Below, in pieces: positions 34,341 through 52,006 of a stretch of DNA of 64,000 nt (its first letter is position 1; each line of letters starts with the position of its first letter). Both the position numbers and the translations under genes were made by a program. The stretch is from the human T2T-CHM13v2.0 reference genome, Homo sapiens, in NCBI RefSeq assembly GCF_009914755.1, contig NC_060942.1. One strand, written 5' to 3'. The notes beneath the pieces are model-generated. The model had not been told where the DNA came from and searched no databases. It saw nothing but the letters and a program-made list of their open reading frames with translations.

Positions 34341-34702
34341 GTGCTATAGACTGAATTGTGTTTCCCAAAAATTCACATGTTGAAGCCCTAACTTCCAACA
34401 TGACTGACTTTGGAAATACAGCTTTTAGGAGGTAATTAAAGTTAATGAGGTCTCAAGAGTGGGGCTTATAGGATTAGTGGCCTTATATGAAGAGGAAGAT
34501 CTCTCTCTCTCTCTCTCTCTGTTCACCACGTGAAGACACAATGACAGCTACCTGGAAGTCAGGGAGTGGGCCCTTATCAGGAACTCAGTCAGCTGGCACC
34601 TTGATCTTGGACTTCCCAGCCTCTAAGACAGTGAGAAATAAATGTTTGTTGTTTAAGCCACCCAGTCTATGATATTTTCTTATAGCAGCCTGAGCTAAGA
34701 CA
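34341..34702 (+). mobile_element. MLT1A/B-type LTR
   Basis: tgctatagactgaattgtg...ttgatcttggacttcccagcctc...gctaagaca. Confidence 0.82.
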
Positions 34703-34735
34703 GTGTGTGCCTCACTTATGTCTATTGAAAATACA

Positions 34736-35302
34736 GGCCAGGTGCAGTGGATCATGCCTGTAATCCCAGCACTTTCGGAGGCTGAGGAGGGAGGATCGCT
34801 TGAGTACAGGAGTTTGAGACCAGCTTAGGTAACACAGTGAGATCTCGTCTCTATTTATAAAAAATAAAGTAATTAAATAATTTTTAAAAAGGAAAATACA
34901 GAAAACATCCTATAATGTCATAGCAATGTGTGTTACCTGATTGGCATATTTACTTCTTGTCCAAACTCCCTTTTTTGTTTGTTTTTTGTTTTTTTCTTTT
35001 TAGAGATAAGGTCTTGCTCTGTCACTCAGGCTGGAGTCCAGTGGCACAATCATAGTTCACTGTAACCTTGAACTCTTGGGCTCAAGCAATCCTCCCACCT
35101 CAGCCTTCTGAGGTGGGACTGCAGGTGCATGCCACCCAGGTAATTTTTTTTACATCCAGCTAATTATTAAATTTTGTTTTTTGTAGAAATTGGGTCTCAC
35201 TGTATTGACCAGGCTGGTCTTGAACTGCTAGCCTCAAGTGATCTACTTGCCTCAGCCTCCCAAAGTGCTGGGGTTACAGGTGTGAGCCACTGCACCCAGC
35301 CC
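34736..35302. mobile_element. FLAM (+, 34736-34870) and AluJ (-, 34971-35302)
   Basis: Alu arms recognised by sequence. Confidence 0.88.
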
Positions 35303-36195
35303 AAACTTCCTTCTTTATAAAAATTCATGCTGATTTACTTCCTTATTAAAATGATAGATGCTTACAAATAAAAACTCAGAGTGCATAAAAATGCAAAAAT
35401 GAAAATAAAAATCACACCACATCCCATTGCTGAGAATTAATCGTAGTTATTAGTTGAGCACCATTTGACAGAACATTTTTTAAAATCACGTATGTGATTA
35501 AAGAAATACCTAGAGAGGAGGAAATACTTTTGTAAAAATGGGGCCATATGATAACTGTTTCATTGTTTGTTATTTGCCCTGAGGACCATTTTCAGAGGCT
35601 TCAAGTCATTGCTTTTTAATACTTTTAATGCTTTTTAATAATTTCACTGGGGATAGAATCAGCAGAGGTCCTCAAGCTGTCATGCCAGAAGTCAATCTGT
35701 CAGGCAAATTAAAACAAATTTGAAGTTTGTTTTAATCCCAGGAGGACTATTCTTGGTTATCTCTTGTTTCTCTCTGGTGAACTAGATGGTTTTGTTCTGA
35801 TTAATTAAGAGGAGATACCAACCTCCTCGTTTGCTTTACACCAAAATCTCCATTGTTTTCAAGGCACCCTTAGGCTTGAACGTCCCTACACCCTGTCTCA
35901 AAGTCAGTTCCTTTCTGCAGAACTTCAGGACTCTCTGTTCTTAAATGCTATCTCTCTCCTCATGGGCAGAACGTTTGAACCAGTACTGTGGTGCTGGATG
36001 AGGATAGTGGCTGCTGGTCTTTTTAGCTTGCCTATCTTGGCATGGAACCTCTGCTCAATGAGTGAGCTGCAGCAGGGGTGATTGGGACCATGGTAGTCTT
36101 GTTCTGCCAAGCCTAGGGTAGAGCCTCTATCCTGCGAGTAGGGGCTAGGTAGACAAGGGAGTCCCCAACCTTTGGCCACACTCAGCAGAAATTTA

Positions 36196-36560
36196 GCTAT
36201 CTTATTCCATTCAGGCTGCTGTAACAGAATACCACAGACTGGTGGCATATATACCACATAAATTTATTTTTCACACTTCTGAAGGCTTGGAAGTCAAAGA
36301 TCAAGGTGCTAGCATATTCAGTGTCTGGTGAGAGCCTGATTCCTGGTTGATAGATGGCTGTATATGGCAGAATGACCTCACATGGCAGAGGGGTGCAGCA
36401 GTTCTTTGGGGTACCTTTTATAAGAGCACTAATCCCATTCATAAGGTGTGCCCGCATGACCCAATAACCTCCCAAAGGGCTTGTGTTCTAATAACATCAC
36501 CTTAGTGGTTAGGTTTCAAAATAAGAATTTGAGGAGGGACATAAACATTCATTCTACAGC
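36196..36560 (-). mobile_element. MaLR LTR (MLT1A/MSTD-like)
   Basis: taacagaataccacagactgg...gcactaatcccattcat...ggacataaacattca. Confidence 0.78.
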
Positions 36561-36704
36561 ATAAGCCTTGAGAAACAAAGTTGAGTGTTCTAATATAAAG
36601 AGAGAGGTGTAAGCTGTACCATTTTCTATGAACTAGCCTTGGAATTCACAAAATATTGCTTTTGAAATAGTCTATTCATTGGCAATGATGAACTAAGGCC
36701 AGAC

Positions 36705-41089
<4,385 letters not shown>

Positions 41090-42580
41090 AGGGCAGCCTA
41101 TTTTTAAAGGGAAGGGACTTACACTCTACCTCTTGATGGAAGGGCATCAAATAATTTGTGGACACATTTTTAAACCATGACTACATATGCGTAGATACCT
41201 AGGGAGCACAATGTTGCAACATGTTACCATTTGAAAATTTTAAGTGAAAGGTGTATGAATATTTGGTATTCTACTCTTTTCATTTTCATGTAAGTTTGAA
41301 ATTTTTCAAAATAAAAAGTTGGGGGGAAAATGTTACTCTGCAGTTGTCCAGCCTGATTTTTTCCCCATTTATAGCCAATTTGCTTTTTGCCTGGATGCTT
41401 AAATAACTCTTTCTTTAAGTTGTATATTCTAGTTATAAAACCTCTCTTAATAAATTTTCCTGGACTGCAATGTGTGTCTCCATCTAGAGGTTCATTTTTT
41501 TTCTTCTATGTAATCCCCTTTATTACATCTTCTGAATTCTTCTGTTCCATATTTTGGGGCACTTTGCATTTAGGACACCAATTATCCTCATGTTGGATCA
41601 TTTCTACATTCTGATTCTGTGGGCTTTGTTGTATTTGCTTTAATTTATTTTCTTTTCAGCTGCATGTATTGTTATGATCTTAAGATTTTCTTTTAACTTA
41701 GCTTCCAGTAGTGTCTTTTCTATTCCTTCCAATTTGTACTTCAGTGTGTTGAATGGTGTTGTTTGGATCCTCACTTTGTATTTTTAAGTGTGATGATCTC
41801 CATTTATCTGTTTCTGTTGCTGCTGTTTATGTTCTTCTCTATGAGGTCTTATTTTAAATTAGTTAATGTATATATAACGTATATACACAAATACACAGTT
41901 TATTACTATTCCTTTAATCATGTATTCTCCCAGGTCAGTTTCTTTATCAATCTTTGCAGGGGGTCTTCCTTTCTTGCCTCCCTCTTCATTTCCTTTCTTT
42001 GTTAGATGCCCTGAACCAATGTTCTGCTTTTTCACAATTTCAAGGAGTGGTCCATCCCTTTAGGGAATATGCCTAACCTTTAGGTAATTTTCCCAGAGGG
42101 AAACTAGAATGAATTAGAGCCATGGCTATGAAGAGAGAAAAAAGAAAGGCTATTTTCCAGTTGTTAATCTTCAGGGTTTCAATTATCAGATATGGGGCTT
42201 TTCAAATGACTTCAGGGGTGGTGTGTGATTAGGAGCCAGGCTACTTATCCTCTGTGCTCCAGAATCCTTCATTTTCCTCCCTGATATCACTTTTTAAAGT
42301 TTATTGCATTCCACTATCTCCCTTTCCTTGTTGGCAATTATTATTGATTTTTTGGGGAGAGGTTTTCTTTTTTTTAAACTGATTTTGGGTGCATCTTGTT
42401 AAGAAGTAGGGGAAGAAAAACTGTGAGGCAGTCTCTATTCTTTTAAACTTAGAAGTCCATCTCTTCTACAGCAACATATTTATATTTTTTAAGCAGGCTA
42501 CAGGAAGAATGAAATACTTTTCACAAGAAAAAGAACCTAGTGTTTTGAGCTGGAAGTGATCTCAGAAACCATCCACTTTT

Positions 42581-42902
42581 GGGCTGGGGGCAGCAGCTCA
42601 TGCCTGTAATCCCAGCAGTTTGAGAGGCTGACGGGGGTGGATGACCTGAGGTCAGGAGTTTGAGACCAGCCTGGCCAACATGGCAAAACCCCGTTTCCAC
42701 TAAAAATACAAAAATTCACTGGGTGTGGTGGCACATGCCTGTAATCCCAGCTACTCAGGAGACTGAGGCAGCAGAATTGCTTGAAACTAGGAGGCAGAGG
42801 TTGCAGTAAGCCGTGGTTGCACCACTGCACTCCAGCCTGGGTGATGAAGCAAGACTCCATCTCAGAAACAAAACAAAACAAAACAAAACAAAACAAAACA
42901 AA
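42581..42902 (+). mobile_element. AluS with (CAAAA)n tail
   Basis: Full dimer; TSD aaaccatccacttt. Confidence 0.95.
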
Positions 42903-43939
42903 AAACCATCCACTTTCCAAGTTCACAGAGCCATTTAATGACTGAGGAGAAGGTCTCCATCTTTTTTTTCCATCTTCCCTTGTCTCATGTATGGGTGTCA
43001 TTTTCGACATCAGAAAGAGAGACTGAGAAAGAAAGAGAGGGAGCGAGAAGTTTTGCATGTTGAGTACTTTCCTTTCCTGCCTCTATTCATATTACAGAGC
43101 ACTGGGCCTTTGTTAGGGGTAGCTCTGGTGGCACAGAAATTGGGGCTCTGACTACAATGCTAAAAAAGTATATATTGGATAAAGACTCAATATGGTAAAG
43201 AAAGAACACCAGGAAAATTGTAAGACATTTTTCTTCTTCCTCTCTTCTCTGGTTTAAAGCAAATAAATCAACCAACACCACAAGAACTACATATCATTTG
43301 AGGACATGAGACATTGAAAAAGGGAAGAGTTTGATTTTCTGAAATGATTTGTCTCAGCTGCTATGACTGCCTGTGAGAATTAAGAAATTATCCCAGTGAG
43401 TACTGTGTTACAAGTACATGCAATGGATTTTAATTATGTCAGCTGGAAAAAGACTTAAAAACAAGCCAAAGGACTGTAGATTAATAGGAAATGTAAAAAT
43501 ATAATCTGCCTTGGGTCAATTCTGATCAGTGAGGCATCTCAGAATGCACCCCATCTATTTCAGTGGGCCCTCCCTCTTCTGAATGAAGACTTATCAGCAC
43601 CAGAGATCTATGAAGCTGCCCCAAAACCTATTGGACCAGCTGGTCACTTGTCATTGGTCAAAACATTAGAATAAATGTTTCCCAAAATGCCCAGAAATGC
43701 AATCCTGTTGCTTACAGAGATCCTCAATCCTAATTCTACAATGAGGCTCTTAGTTAATTCTGACTTGGGGACATCCAGAAGTTAACCTTGACACCTAGCT
43801 GTAAGAAAAAGCACAAAGTAGAAATACAAAAAATAAAAATAAAATCTTTTCTTTCAAAGTCAGCTGGGTATGAAAAATATGAAATTCATAAATAATCTAG
43901 AATTGTTCATGTGATGATATAACATGAGGAAATTATACA

Positions 43940-44460
43940 GTGACGGATACAATTTTCTTCCACCCTCCTAAGGTCTCTGGCCAGAACTGAAATAGTACAG
44001 ATTAACAAGAGAAAAGCATACAATATTAATAATTTTTTTTACTTGTACATGGGAATCCTCACAAGAAAAATGAAGACCCAAAGATTCAGTTAGAGCTAAA
44101 TGCTTATATACCATATTGGACAGAGTAGTAAATTGTGAAAATATGACAAGAAAAAGGGGCTTAGATTTGGGCAATGAATCATGGAGAAGTGACTAGGAAG
44201 ATACCGGTAAGCACAACAAGTTTTGTTTGTACAGATGTCTCTTGTCTTTGACTTCTCATGTCTAGGGATAAGAATGTTTCTTTCCTCTTGGTGTAGTGAG
44301 GACATCTCTCACATGGGACTTCCATCTTCTGCTTTCAGGAAGAAAAAGGAAGGCCAGTGTGCCCTTCTTGCACCTGCTGCTTTTTAAGTGCTTTTCACTC
44401 AAAAGAATCAATATGCTACAGTGGCATGTTTTGAGGTGGTGTGTTCTGAACTCCTTCCCT
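43940..44460 (-). mobile_element. Old ERV1-type LTR (family uncertain)
   Basis: LTR-like composition by eye only. Confidence 0.45.
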
Positions 44461-44509
44461 ACCCAGTATCTATGCTCTCATTCTCCCTTACAAATAGAAC
44501 TCCTATAGT

Positions 44510-44901
44510 CTGTTAAAAGAAAAACTTTAGCCTAATTAAATTTAACAGTGTTTACTTGAACAAAGAATGATTCCACCAATCGGGCAGCCTCCCCAGCCGG
44601 AGTAGGTTCAGAGACACTTCAGCACAGCCATGTGGTGGAAGATTTATAGACAGAAAAAGGAAGTGATGTACAGAAAAGGAAGTGAGGTATAGCAACAGCT
44701 GGATTGGTTACAGTCAGTGTTTGCCTTATTTGAACACGGTTTGAGCAGCTGGCCCCCTTTCATCGGCCATAACTCAGTGACTGGCACAAGAGTAGATTAC
44801 AGTCTGTTTACACCTTCATTTAGGTTATAGTTTGCGACTTACAGAGAAAACTTTAGGCACAACTTAAAATATGTATGGAGGCAACTTTAGGCTAAACTTA
44901 A
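44510..44901 (-). mobile_element. MER57-like solo LTR
   Basis: - strand taagtttagcctaaagttgcctccatacatattttaagtt...ttttaaca. Confidence 0.75.
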
Positions 44902-44922
44902 GTCTCGAGGATGCAATGTAAC

Positions 44923-45324
44923 TGTCAGGCCTCTGAGCCCAAGCTAAGTCATCATATCCCCTGTGACCTGCACGTATACATCCAGATGGCCTGAAGTAAC
45001 TGAAGAATCTCAAAAGAAGTGAAAATGGCCTGTTCCTGCCTTAACTGATGACATTACCTTGTGAAATTCCTTCTCCTGGCTCATCCTGGCTCAAAAGCTC
45101 CCCCACTGAGCACCTGGTGACCCCCACCCCTGCCTGCCAGAGAACAACCCCCTTTGACTGTAATTTTCCTTTACCTACCCAAATCTTATAAAACGACCCC
45201 ACCCCTATCTCCCTTAGCTGACTGTCTTTTCGGACTCAGCCCGCCTGCACTCAGGTGAAATAAACAGCCTTGTTGCTCACACAAAGGCCAGTTTGGTGGT
45301 CTCTTCATACGGACTTGAGTGAAA
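44923..45324 (+). mobile_element. Solo LTR7 (HERV-H)
   Basis: tgtcaggcctctgagcccaagctaag...aataaacagccttgttgctcacacaaag...gtgaaa; 5-bp TSD gtaac. Confidence 0.93.
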
Positions 45325-45690
45325 GTAACTGTCCAGATTACATTTTTTACAAAAGATTTTTTTCAGTCTCCTTCGCAGATGGGAGTGACCAGTGAGAAGC
45401 AGATGGAAGCCACTGGGTGTGGCTTCCAGCACAACGCTCTCAAAGTGCTGGTTCTGTTGGCAGTTAAGCCTATTACACATGCCTCTTGCTCGTTTCTGCT
45501 GCCTGGGAGAAAGACCTGAGGACAGGGGCTGGCAGCCTGAAGGTCCAAGTGCATAATAATAGCGCAGTGGAGCCAAGGGATGGACAGAACCTGGCGGTGC
45601 CACCACTCCAGCCTTGGGTGCTTTTCCCTCCTTTTCAACAGGGAGAATTAAACTTTTGTTTTTCTTATTTTAAATTTATATTTGCTCTTA

Positions 45691-46326
45691 AGTGGCAGGC
45701 CAGGTCTCACTAACAGCTGAACAGACAGGCCTCCGTAACCACTGTTTCAGCACTAGTTAAGTTAAATATTAAAAGCTGAAAGAGCCAGTGTCTTTATAGA
45801 AAGGCTGGTATGTAACAAAAGCCCACCAAGAGTTTTGCCCAGGCCTTTCCTGGTCCTTGAAGCATGAGAAAATAAAGAAGGAATTCTTAACAGGACCTGT
45901 TCAAGATTAAACAAGTTTTTATTGGGGGTCTGAAGAAACTCCCCCAGACCTCCACAAACAAGTTTATCGGGGGTCTGAAGGAACTGCCCAAACCTTCATG
46001 ATTTAGCAGGAGACAAGATAAGGGTAATCACCTCTGGCACCTGCAGCCATCTAGATTAAGTAAATTTACTTAAATAAAGACCTTCCTTAGGACTGATCTT
46101 AGTTATAGATTAGAAACAGTTAATCATTTACGTCTTTACACACATGCACACTTACATGTAGACAGATAGTTTAGAAGGTATATAAGCTCTGGAAAACTTT
46201 GTAATTTTGAATCGATTTGGCGATATTTTCCAGGCCTTTTCCCTGTACCCGGTTACCGAAATAAACTCTTCTTTCCCAGTTCATCATGAGAATAAGCAGC
46301 CCAACCCCTGGTTTGGCCCGGGAACA
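45691..46326 (+). mobile_element. ERV1-class solo LTR (636 bp; family not assigned)
   Basis: gtggcaggccaggtctcactaac...tataagct (TATA)...aataaa...ggaaca; 4-bp TSD ctta. Confidence 0.75.
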
Positions 46327-46824
46327 CTTACAGAGGCTGTCTAAGACCCAGAAGACAGGGTCACTGTTTCTTCCACACAAACTTAGCTGCTCTTTGGAAT
46401 TTTCTGGGGTGTTTTTATAAATACTAAGGCTTGTGCCTCATTTCCCCAGTGTCTGATTTCACCGACTTGGGGTGTACTCTAGGCACTGAGACTTGTAATA
46501 GCTGCCCCTGGTGACTCTAAGGTGCAGCAAATGTCAAAGACCAGGACTTGGTGACGCCAGGTCCCTGGCTGGGCTGCGGTCAAGACTGCATGACCTGCTG
46601 AAATCTCCCCAGACTGGTTAGCGCGGAAAGAGAACCTCCGGGTTACCCTTTCGTCCGGAAGCCCCGCCTTCGCCCTCGCCCCGCCTTCGCCGTCGCCCCG
46701 CCTTTCCCCGGCTCGGCCACCCCTCCTTCCCGCCCAGCTGTGGCCCCGGATGACGCAAACCGGGAACAGCGGCTGAGCCTGCGCTTCGGAAGCATGGATG
46801 TGCGCCTGCGCTGCGCTAGGGCGC

Positions 46825-46839
46825 GGCGGGCGGTTTGAA
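46825..46839 (+). promoter_or_regulatory. SKA1: CDE/CHR element (DREAM/MuvB G2/M control)
   Basis: GGCGG-4 nt-TTTGAA, the canonical spacing, at the probable TSS of a mitotic gene. Confidence 0.82.
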
Positions 46840-46993
46840 TTTTGCTTACAGAGTCCCGTCTCACCATCCTGGGCTTCCAACGGAGACTGCGGTATCCGCG
46901 GCTGGAGACCCAGCGGCGAGTAGCCTTTTGCTCCCGGACGGACTTGAGGTTGGAGTCTGTGTGTTGGGGACCCTGCCTTTGGAAGCGCCCGAG
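46830..46993 (+). other. SKA1: SKA1 non-coding exon 1 (TSS approximate; candidate donors after 46948 and 46993)
   Basis: GAG|gttgga and GAG|gtagct donors within the CpG island; acceptor of the next exon at 47573. Confidence 0.6.
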
Positions 46994-47584
46994 GTAGCTG
47001 CTTGGCAGCTGGGGGCCGCGGACCGCGCCGGGCTTGGGGGAGGACGGGGCTGGAGGCTGGGTTGGATGCTTTAGACCCTCCCCTTCTCTCTCACCGGCGG
47101 AGTGGGTGGGAAACTGGTTCTTTCCCATTTCTCGGCCTCCTTACCGATCCCAAACTGTAAAGCCCCAACCCCTCACAGCACAGGAAAAATGATTACCTGG
47201 GCCCATTTCTTTGACAGTGTAACACATTTTTAAAAAATGTGTCCTTATTTTGCGTGTTTAAAGAAAATACCAATGTTGTCTTTATATACAAATAGTGCGT
47301 TTGTCCTCCTGAATCCTTAAGGAAAGGACCCAGGCTTATCCTCTTTCCCCTGGTTTGGGATCCATCGATGGCCTAAGGCTCTAAGACAAGTCAGTACGGT
47401 ACCGTGGTTAGAAACTGAATGTTGTAGAAATGAAAGAAATTGCTCTTGAATTTTTGTGCTTAACCTTCAAAGACATGTGATTTACTTGACATTGACCATT
47501 CTTGGATTTCGAAAGTGAACAGAAATTTGTGTGGCTTTTCTTGTTACGAATATGTTTATGTTTTTTTCTTCAGAGGCTTAAAGG

Positions 47585-47672
47585 ATGGCCTCGTCAGATC
47601 TGGAACAATTATGCTCTCATGTTAATGAAAAGATTGGCAATATTAAGAAAACCTTATCATTAAGAAACTGTG
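47585..47672 (+). CDS. SKA1: SKA1 exon 2 (exon starts 47574), aa 1-29
   Basis: MASSDLEQLCSHVNEKIGNIKKTLSLRNC; ttcttcag acceptor, G|gtaagt donor. Confidence 0.97.
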
Positions 47673-47976
47673 GTAAGTAAAACAGATTCCACTGACTTTG
47701 TATATACAAAATGCATTTTGGTTATTCCACTCTGAATGATATCTTTGCTTGGTTAAGTGACTGCATCTTAGGTAATTTTAGATTTTTGCATAACGATTTT
47801 TTAAATAGTCCAATGTCATTTTGAATATTGTGGAGGATACTAAAAATGTAAGGTACATTGAACAATGAACTGAATATTCATTAGAATTATTTACTTATGT
47901 TTTTCTGAGACACATAGGCCAATGGTGAGATTTGAAGGTTATGTGGCATCCATGGTTCTACAGCTAAATAGAGATA

Positions 47977-49121
47977 CAGTCATGCGTTCCTTAATGATGG
48001 AGATGTGTTCTGACAAAAGCGTTACATGATTTTGTCGTTGTGCAAACATCACATCATAGAATGTACGTAAATGTACACAAACCTAGATGGTATAGCCTAC
48101 TACATATCTAGGCTATATAGCCTATTGCTCCTAGGCAACAAACCCGTATAGCATGTGACTGTACTGAATACCTTAGGCAAGTGTAACACAATGGTGAGTA
48201 TTTGTGTATCTAAACATAGAAAAGATACAGTAAAAGATTAAAAATGGAACACCTGTATAGGCCACTTACCATTGATGGAGCTTGCAGAACTGGAAGTTGC
48301 TGTGGGTGAGACAGTGAGTGACTGTGAGGGCCTAGGACATCACTGTATACTACTGTAGGCTTTATAAGTACTATACACTTATGCTACACTAAATTTATAA
48401 AAAATGAAAAACTTTCTTCAATAATACATTAACCTTAGCTTACTATAACTTTTTTACTTAATAAACTTCTTAGTTTGGCTTAGCTTTTTTATTCTTTTCT
48501 AATAACTTAAAACAAATACATTGTACAGGTGTACAAAAATATTTTTATATCTTTATGAGCTTTTTTTCTATTTTTTTTTTAACTTTTTAAAATTTTTTTG
48601 TCAAAAACGAATACACACACACACACATTAGCCTAGGCCTATGCAGGGTCAGGATCATCAACATCTGTCTTCCACATTCACATCTTGTTCCACTAGAAGG
48701 TCATCGGGGCAGTACCACACATGGAGCAGTCATCTGTGATAACAATGCCTTCTGGAATATCTCCTGAAGGATCTGCCTGAGGCTGTTTTACAGTTAACTT
48801 TTTTTTTTTTAATAGGTAGAAGGAGTACACTCTAAAATAACAATACAAAGTATTGTATAGTAAATAACATAAACTAGTAACCATTTATTATCAATTATTA
48901 TGTACTATACATAATTGTATGTGCTGTACTTTTGTAATACTGGCATTAGAGTTTGTTTACACCAGCATCACCACAAACATGTGAATAATGCATTGTACCA
49001 TGATGTTATGATGGCTCCGATGTCACAAGGCAATAGGAATGTTTCAGCTCCGTTATAATCTTATGGGGCCACTGTCATATTTATGGTCCATTGTTGACTG
49101 AATCACTGTTATGTGGCACAT
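47977..49121 (+). mobile_element. Tigger3/Golem-type DNA transposon
   Basis: TA-cagtcatgcg...acaaacctagatggtatagcctactac...gttatgtggcaca. Confidence 0.82.
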
Positions 49122-50162
49122 TATTAAAAGGCAAGTTAAAAAAACTGATGTAGAGCTCCATAGGGGTAAAAGTAGTTCATAACCCATCTTAGAGCCTGCT
49201 TTGGAGGAAGCTTATTACTCTATATCACTGGGAAATAACTAATTGAAAATGAAATAAATTATTTAAGCATCCATGAACTTGGAGATTTTAAGTATATTTG
49301 AAAATATTTTGACGTGCTGAAATTGGATGATGCAATGAAAGTTCAGAGAAACAGATGATCCTTGTCAAATCTAAAATGTCTAAAGAATTACATACTCCCT
49401 AACCTTATCTGGGAGGGTAAAGGTTTATTGGCAGACAGAATTCCATGTGCTGGGAAGGTTGTGTTGAACTTGTATTGTAGTTTGTATTATGAATTGGTAG
49501 TTTGAAAACTTTCTCAAATATGAAATTATAATGTTAGATAGGCCATTTCGAATTATACCTCCCCTCTCAGGGACGTTGATATTCTCAGTCCTGTATTGAT
49601 AACTACTAATAAAGGAGCCTCATACATTTTACAGTTTATGGTTCACATACTCTGGAAAGTTAAAGCTAAAGGGACTGTGGGTTCATCTTAAGGAGCCCCC
49701 TGACCTCACACCTGAGGAAACTGAGACTCTCGGAAGTCAGGTGGCTGGCCCAGGTACCTCAGCTCATGAGTACTTGGTTGGGCGACAGTTTCTGTTTCTT
49801 GATTCCCATGTTAGTACTCTTTCTATTTTGTTGCCATTTTTATTGAAGTAATTTGTAAAAGACTTTTAGATGTTTAATAATGAGTCTTGTTTAAATTCAC
49901 TTTCTGAGGTTATGATTAGTCATGGATAAACAAATATAATTTGGAGATCTATACAACTATCAAGCCTTGAATTCACATGACCCACCAAAGCATAGGCCTG
50001 GCTGAAGCAGTCAGACCCATGAGATCCTTACACAGTTGTCAACTGTCATTTTGTATGGGGGGATAATAATTTGTGTGGCTCCATAGCCTATAAAATAAAG
50101 TCTGGTAGTTTGTTTGCTACTTTGGCTTCTGTAACTGACTAGATTACTACATAAAAAACAGT

Positions 50163-50464
<302 letters not shown>

Positions 50465-51881
50465 CTAAAATGTAGGTGACTAAAAGTTGAGATACCAGTG
50501 TATGGGGAAGAAATACTGTGTTCAACTAATTCTACTGAAATTATTCTCAGAGACATCAGTACTCTCATTTACTTATTAATTAGTTTTAGTTGTTATGAGC
50601 TGAGTGTCAAATGCAAGTAGTGTTGCTCTATTAGATAGAATGATATACTCCTCATGATGATGATGAATGGCAGTTAGCATTTACTGAGTATTACGTTCTA
50701 CATGCAGGGCTAAGCCCATCTTATATGTACTTTCACCTATCTTCGCAGTAATGAGGTAGGTACTTGGTGTCTCTGACTTCAGGCCTTCTACCTGGTTCAC
50801 TCTACTGCCTCCTTAATCTACACATATTGCCAAAGTCTGCTTTTACTTATGTGTATGTCATTGTTAGATAGCTGGAAATGCAGATGGGAAGCTTCAATTA
50901 TGAAGGTAGTTTTTCTTCTGTGCTTTTAATCTGCCCTTAAATTTTTTAAAAAACTACTTCTTTTATTTCTAGGGAGGAAGGGACTCTGATTTTCTCACCT
51001 AGAGAGGGGTGCTAGGAGGTGGGATTGGGACCATGAGAATATACTACTTTATAAATGTCTTATGTTTGTTTTTGCCAGGTACCCAGGGTTATCACCAGCT
51101 TGTGACTTTTTATGTTACTTTGTCTGCTTAGGGGTGGTTTTGAATAGTGTGGATAGTGTTAATATGAATTCCAAATCCATATTACAAATTCTGAAAGAGA
51201 GTTTCACCTCAACCTCACTCCCACCCCTTCCACACACACACTGAAGGGCCTGTCTAAAACATAAGCTTATTTCTCTGGTGAGTGATTACAACTTTCACTG
51301 AAAATATATTCATAAAGAAGAGTCCTAGCCTCGTTTGAGATTCTCACTTCCAACACCCTGTGTTTTAAAGCCCCAAAACCTTGGATCTTATCCCTATTAA
51401 AATCAAATATATTCAATTGCTGAGATTGACAACCTCCTGTCCAGCATTGCTCCACACTCCTCAGATTAGGGCTGCTGCAGCCTCAGCTCACACACCCTGC
51501 CTGGTATGAGGGGGAACCACAGTTCCCTCTTCATATTGGAACCCCTGGAAATTTGCCTTTTTCTCATGAAAGCTTAGCTGTGGACGTAGAAGGATGCTTG
51601 TTTTACCTCGCATTTCTAAGTGTTTTAATAAGTGGAAGAATTTGCCAGAAACAAAAGACGCAGGAGAGACATTGTCCTTGCCTCTCGCCTCCTTCTGTTC
51701 CATACTACTTAGAAATGAGGTCTCAGGATTGTCCATGGAGTCATTTTCTAGGGGCTAAAGCAGTAGACCTTTTTCCACCCCTCTCTAAGGTACAGCTATC
51801 TGTTCTAAGAGTTCGCATGAGTACTTATAGCTACTGCTTTTCTATACACTTTGTTTTCTATTTTATTTTTGTTTATAACAG

Positions 51882-52006
51882 GCCAGGAACCTACCTTGAA
51901 AACTGTATTAAATAAAATAGGAGATGAGATCATTGTAATAAATGAACTTCTAAATAAATTGGAATTGGAAATTCAGTATCAAGAACAAACCAACAATTCA
52001 CTCAAG
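51882..52006 (+). CDS. SKA1: SKA1 exon 3
   Basis: GQEPTLKTVLNKIGDEIIVINELLNKLELEIQYQEQTNNSLK; AG/GT boundaries, phase 1 to 0. Confidence 0.97.

Larger units (their letters stand above)
46600..47150 (+). promoter_or_regulatory. SKA1: SKA1 CpG-island promoter
   Basis: Dense CpG, GC boxes (ccccgcc), ETS ccggaag, CRE-like tgacgcaa at 46751 and NRF1-like tgcgcctgcgc at 46801. Confidence 0.9.
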
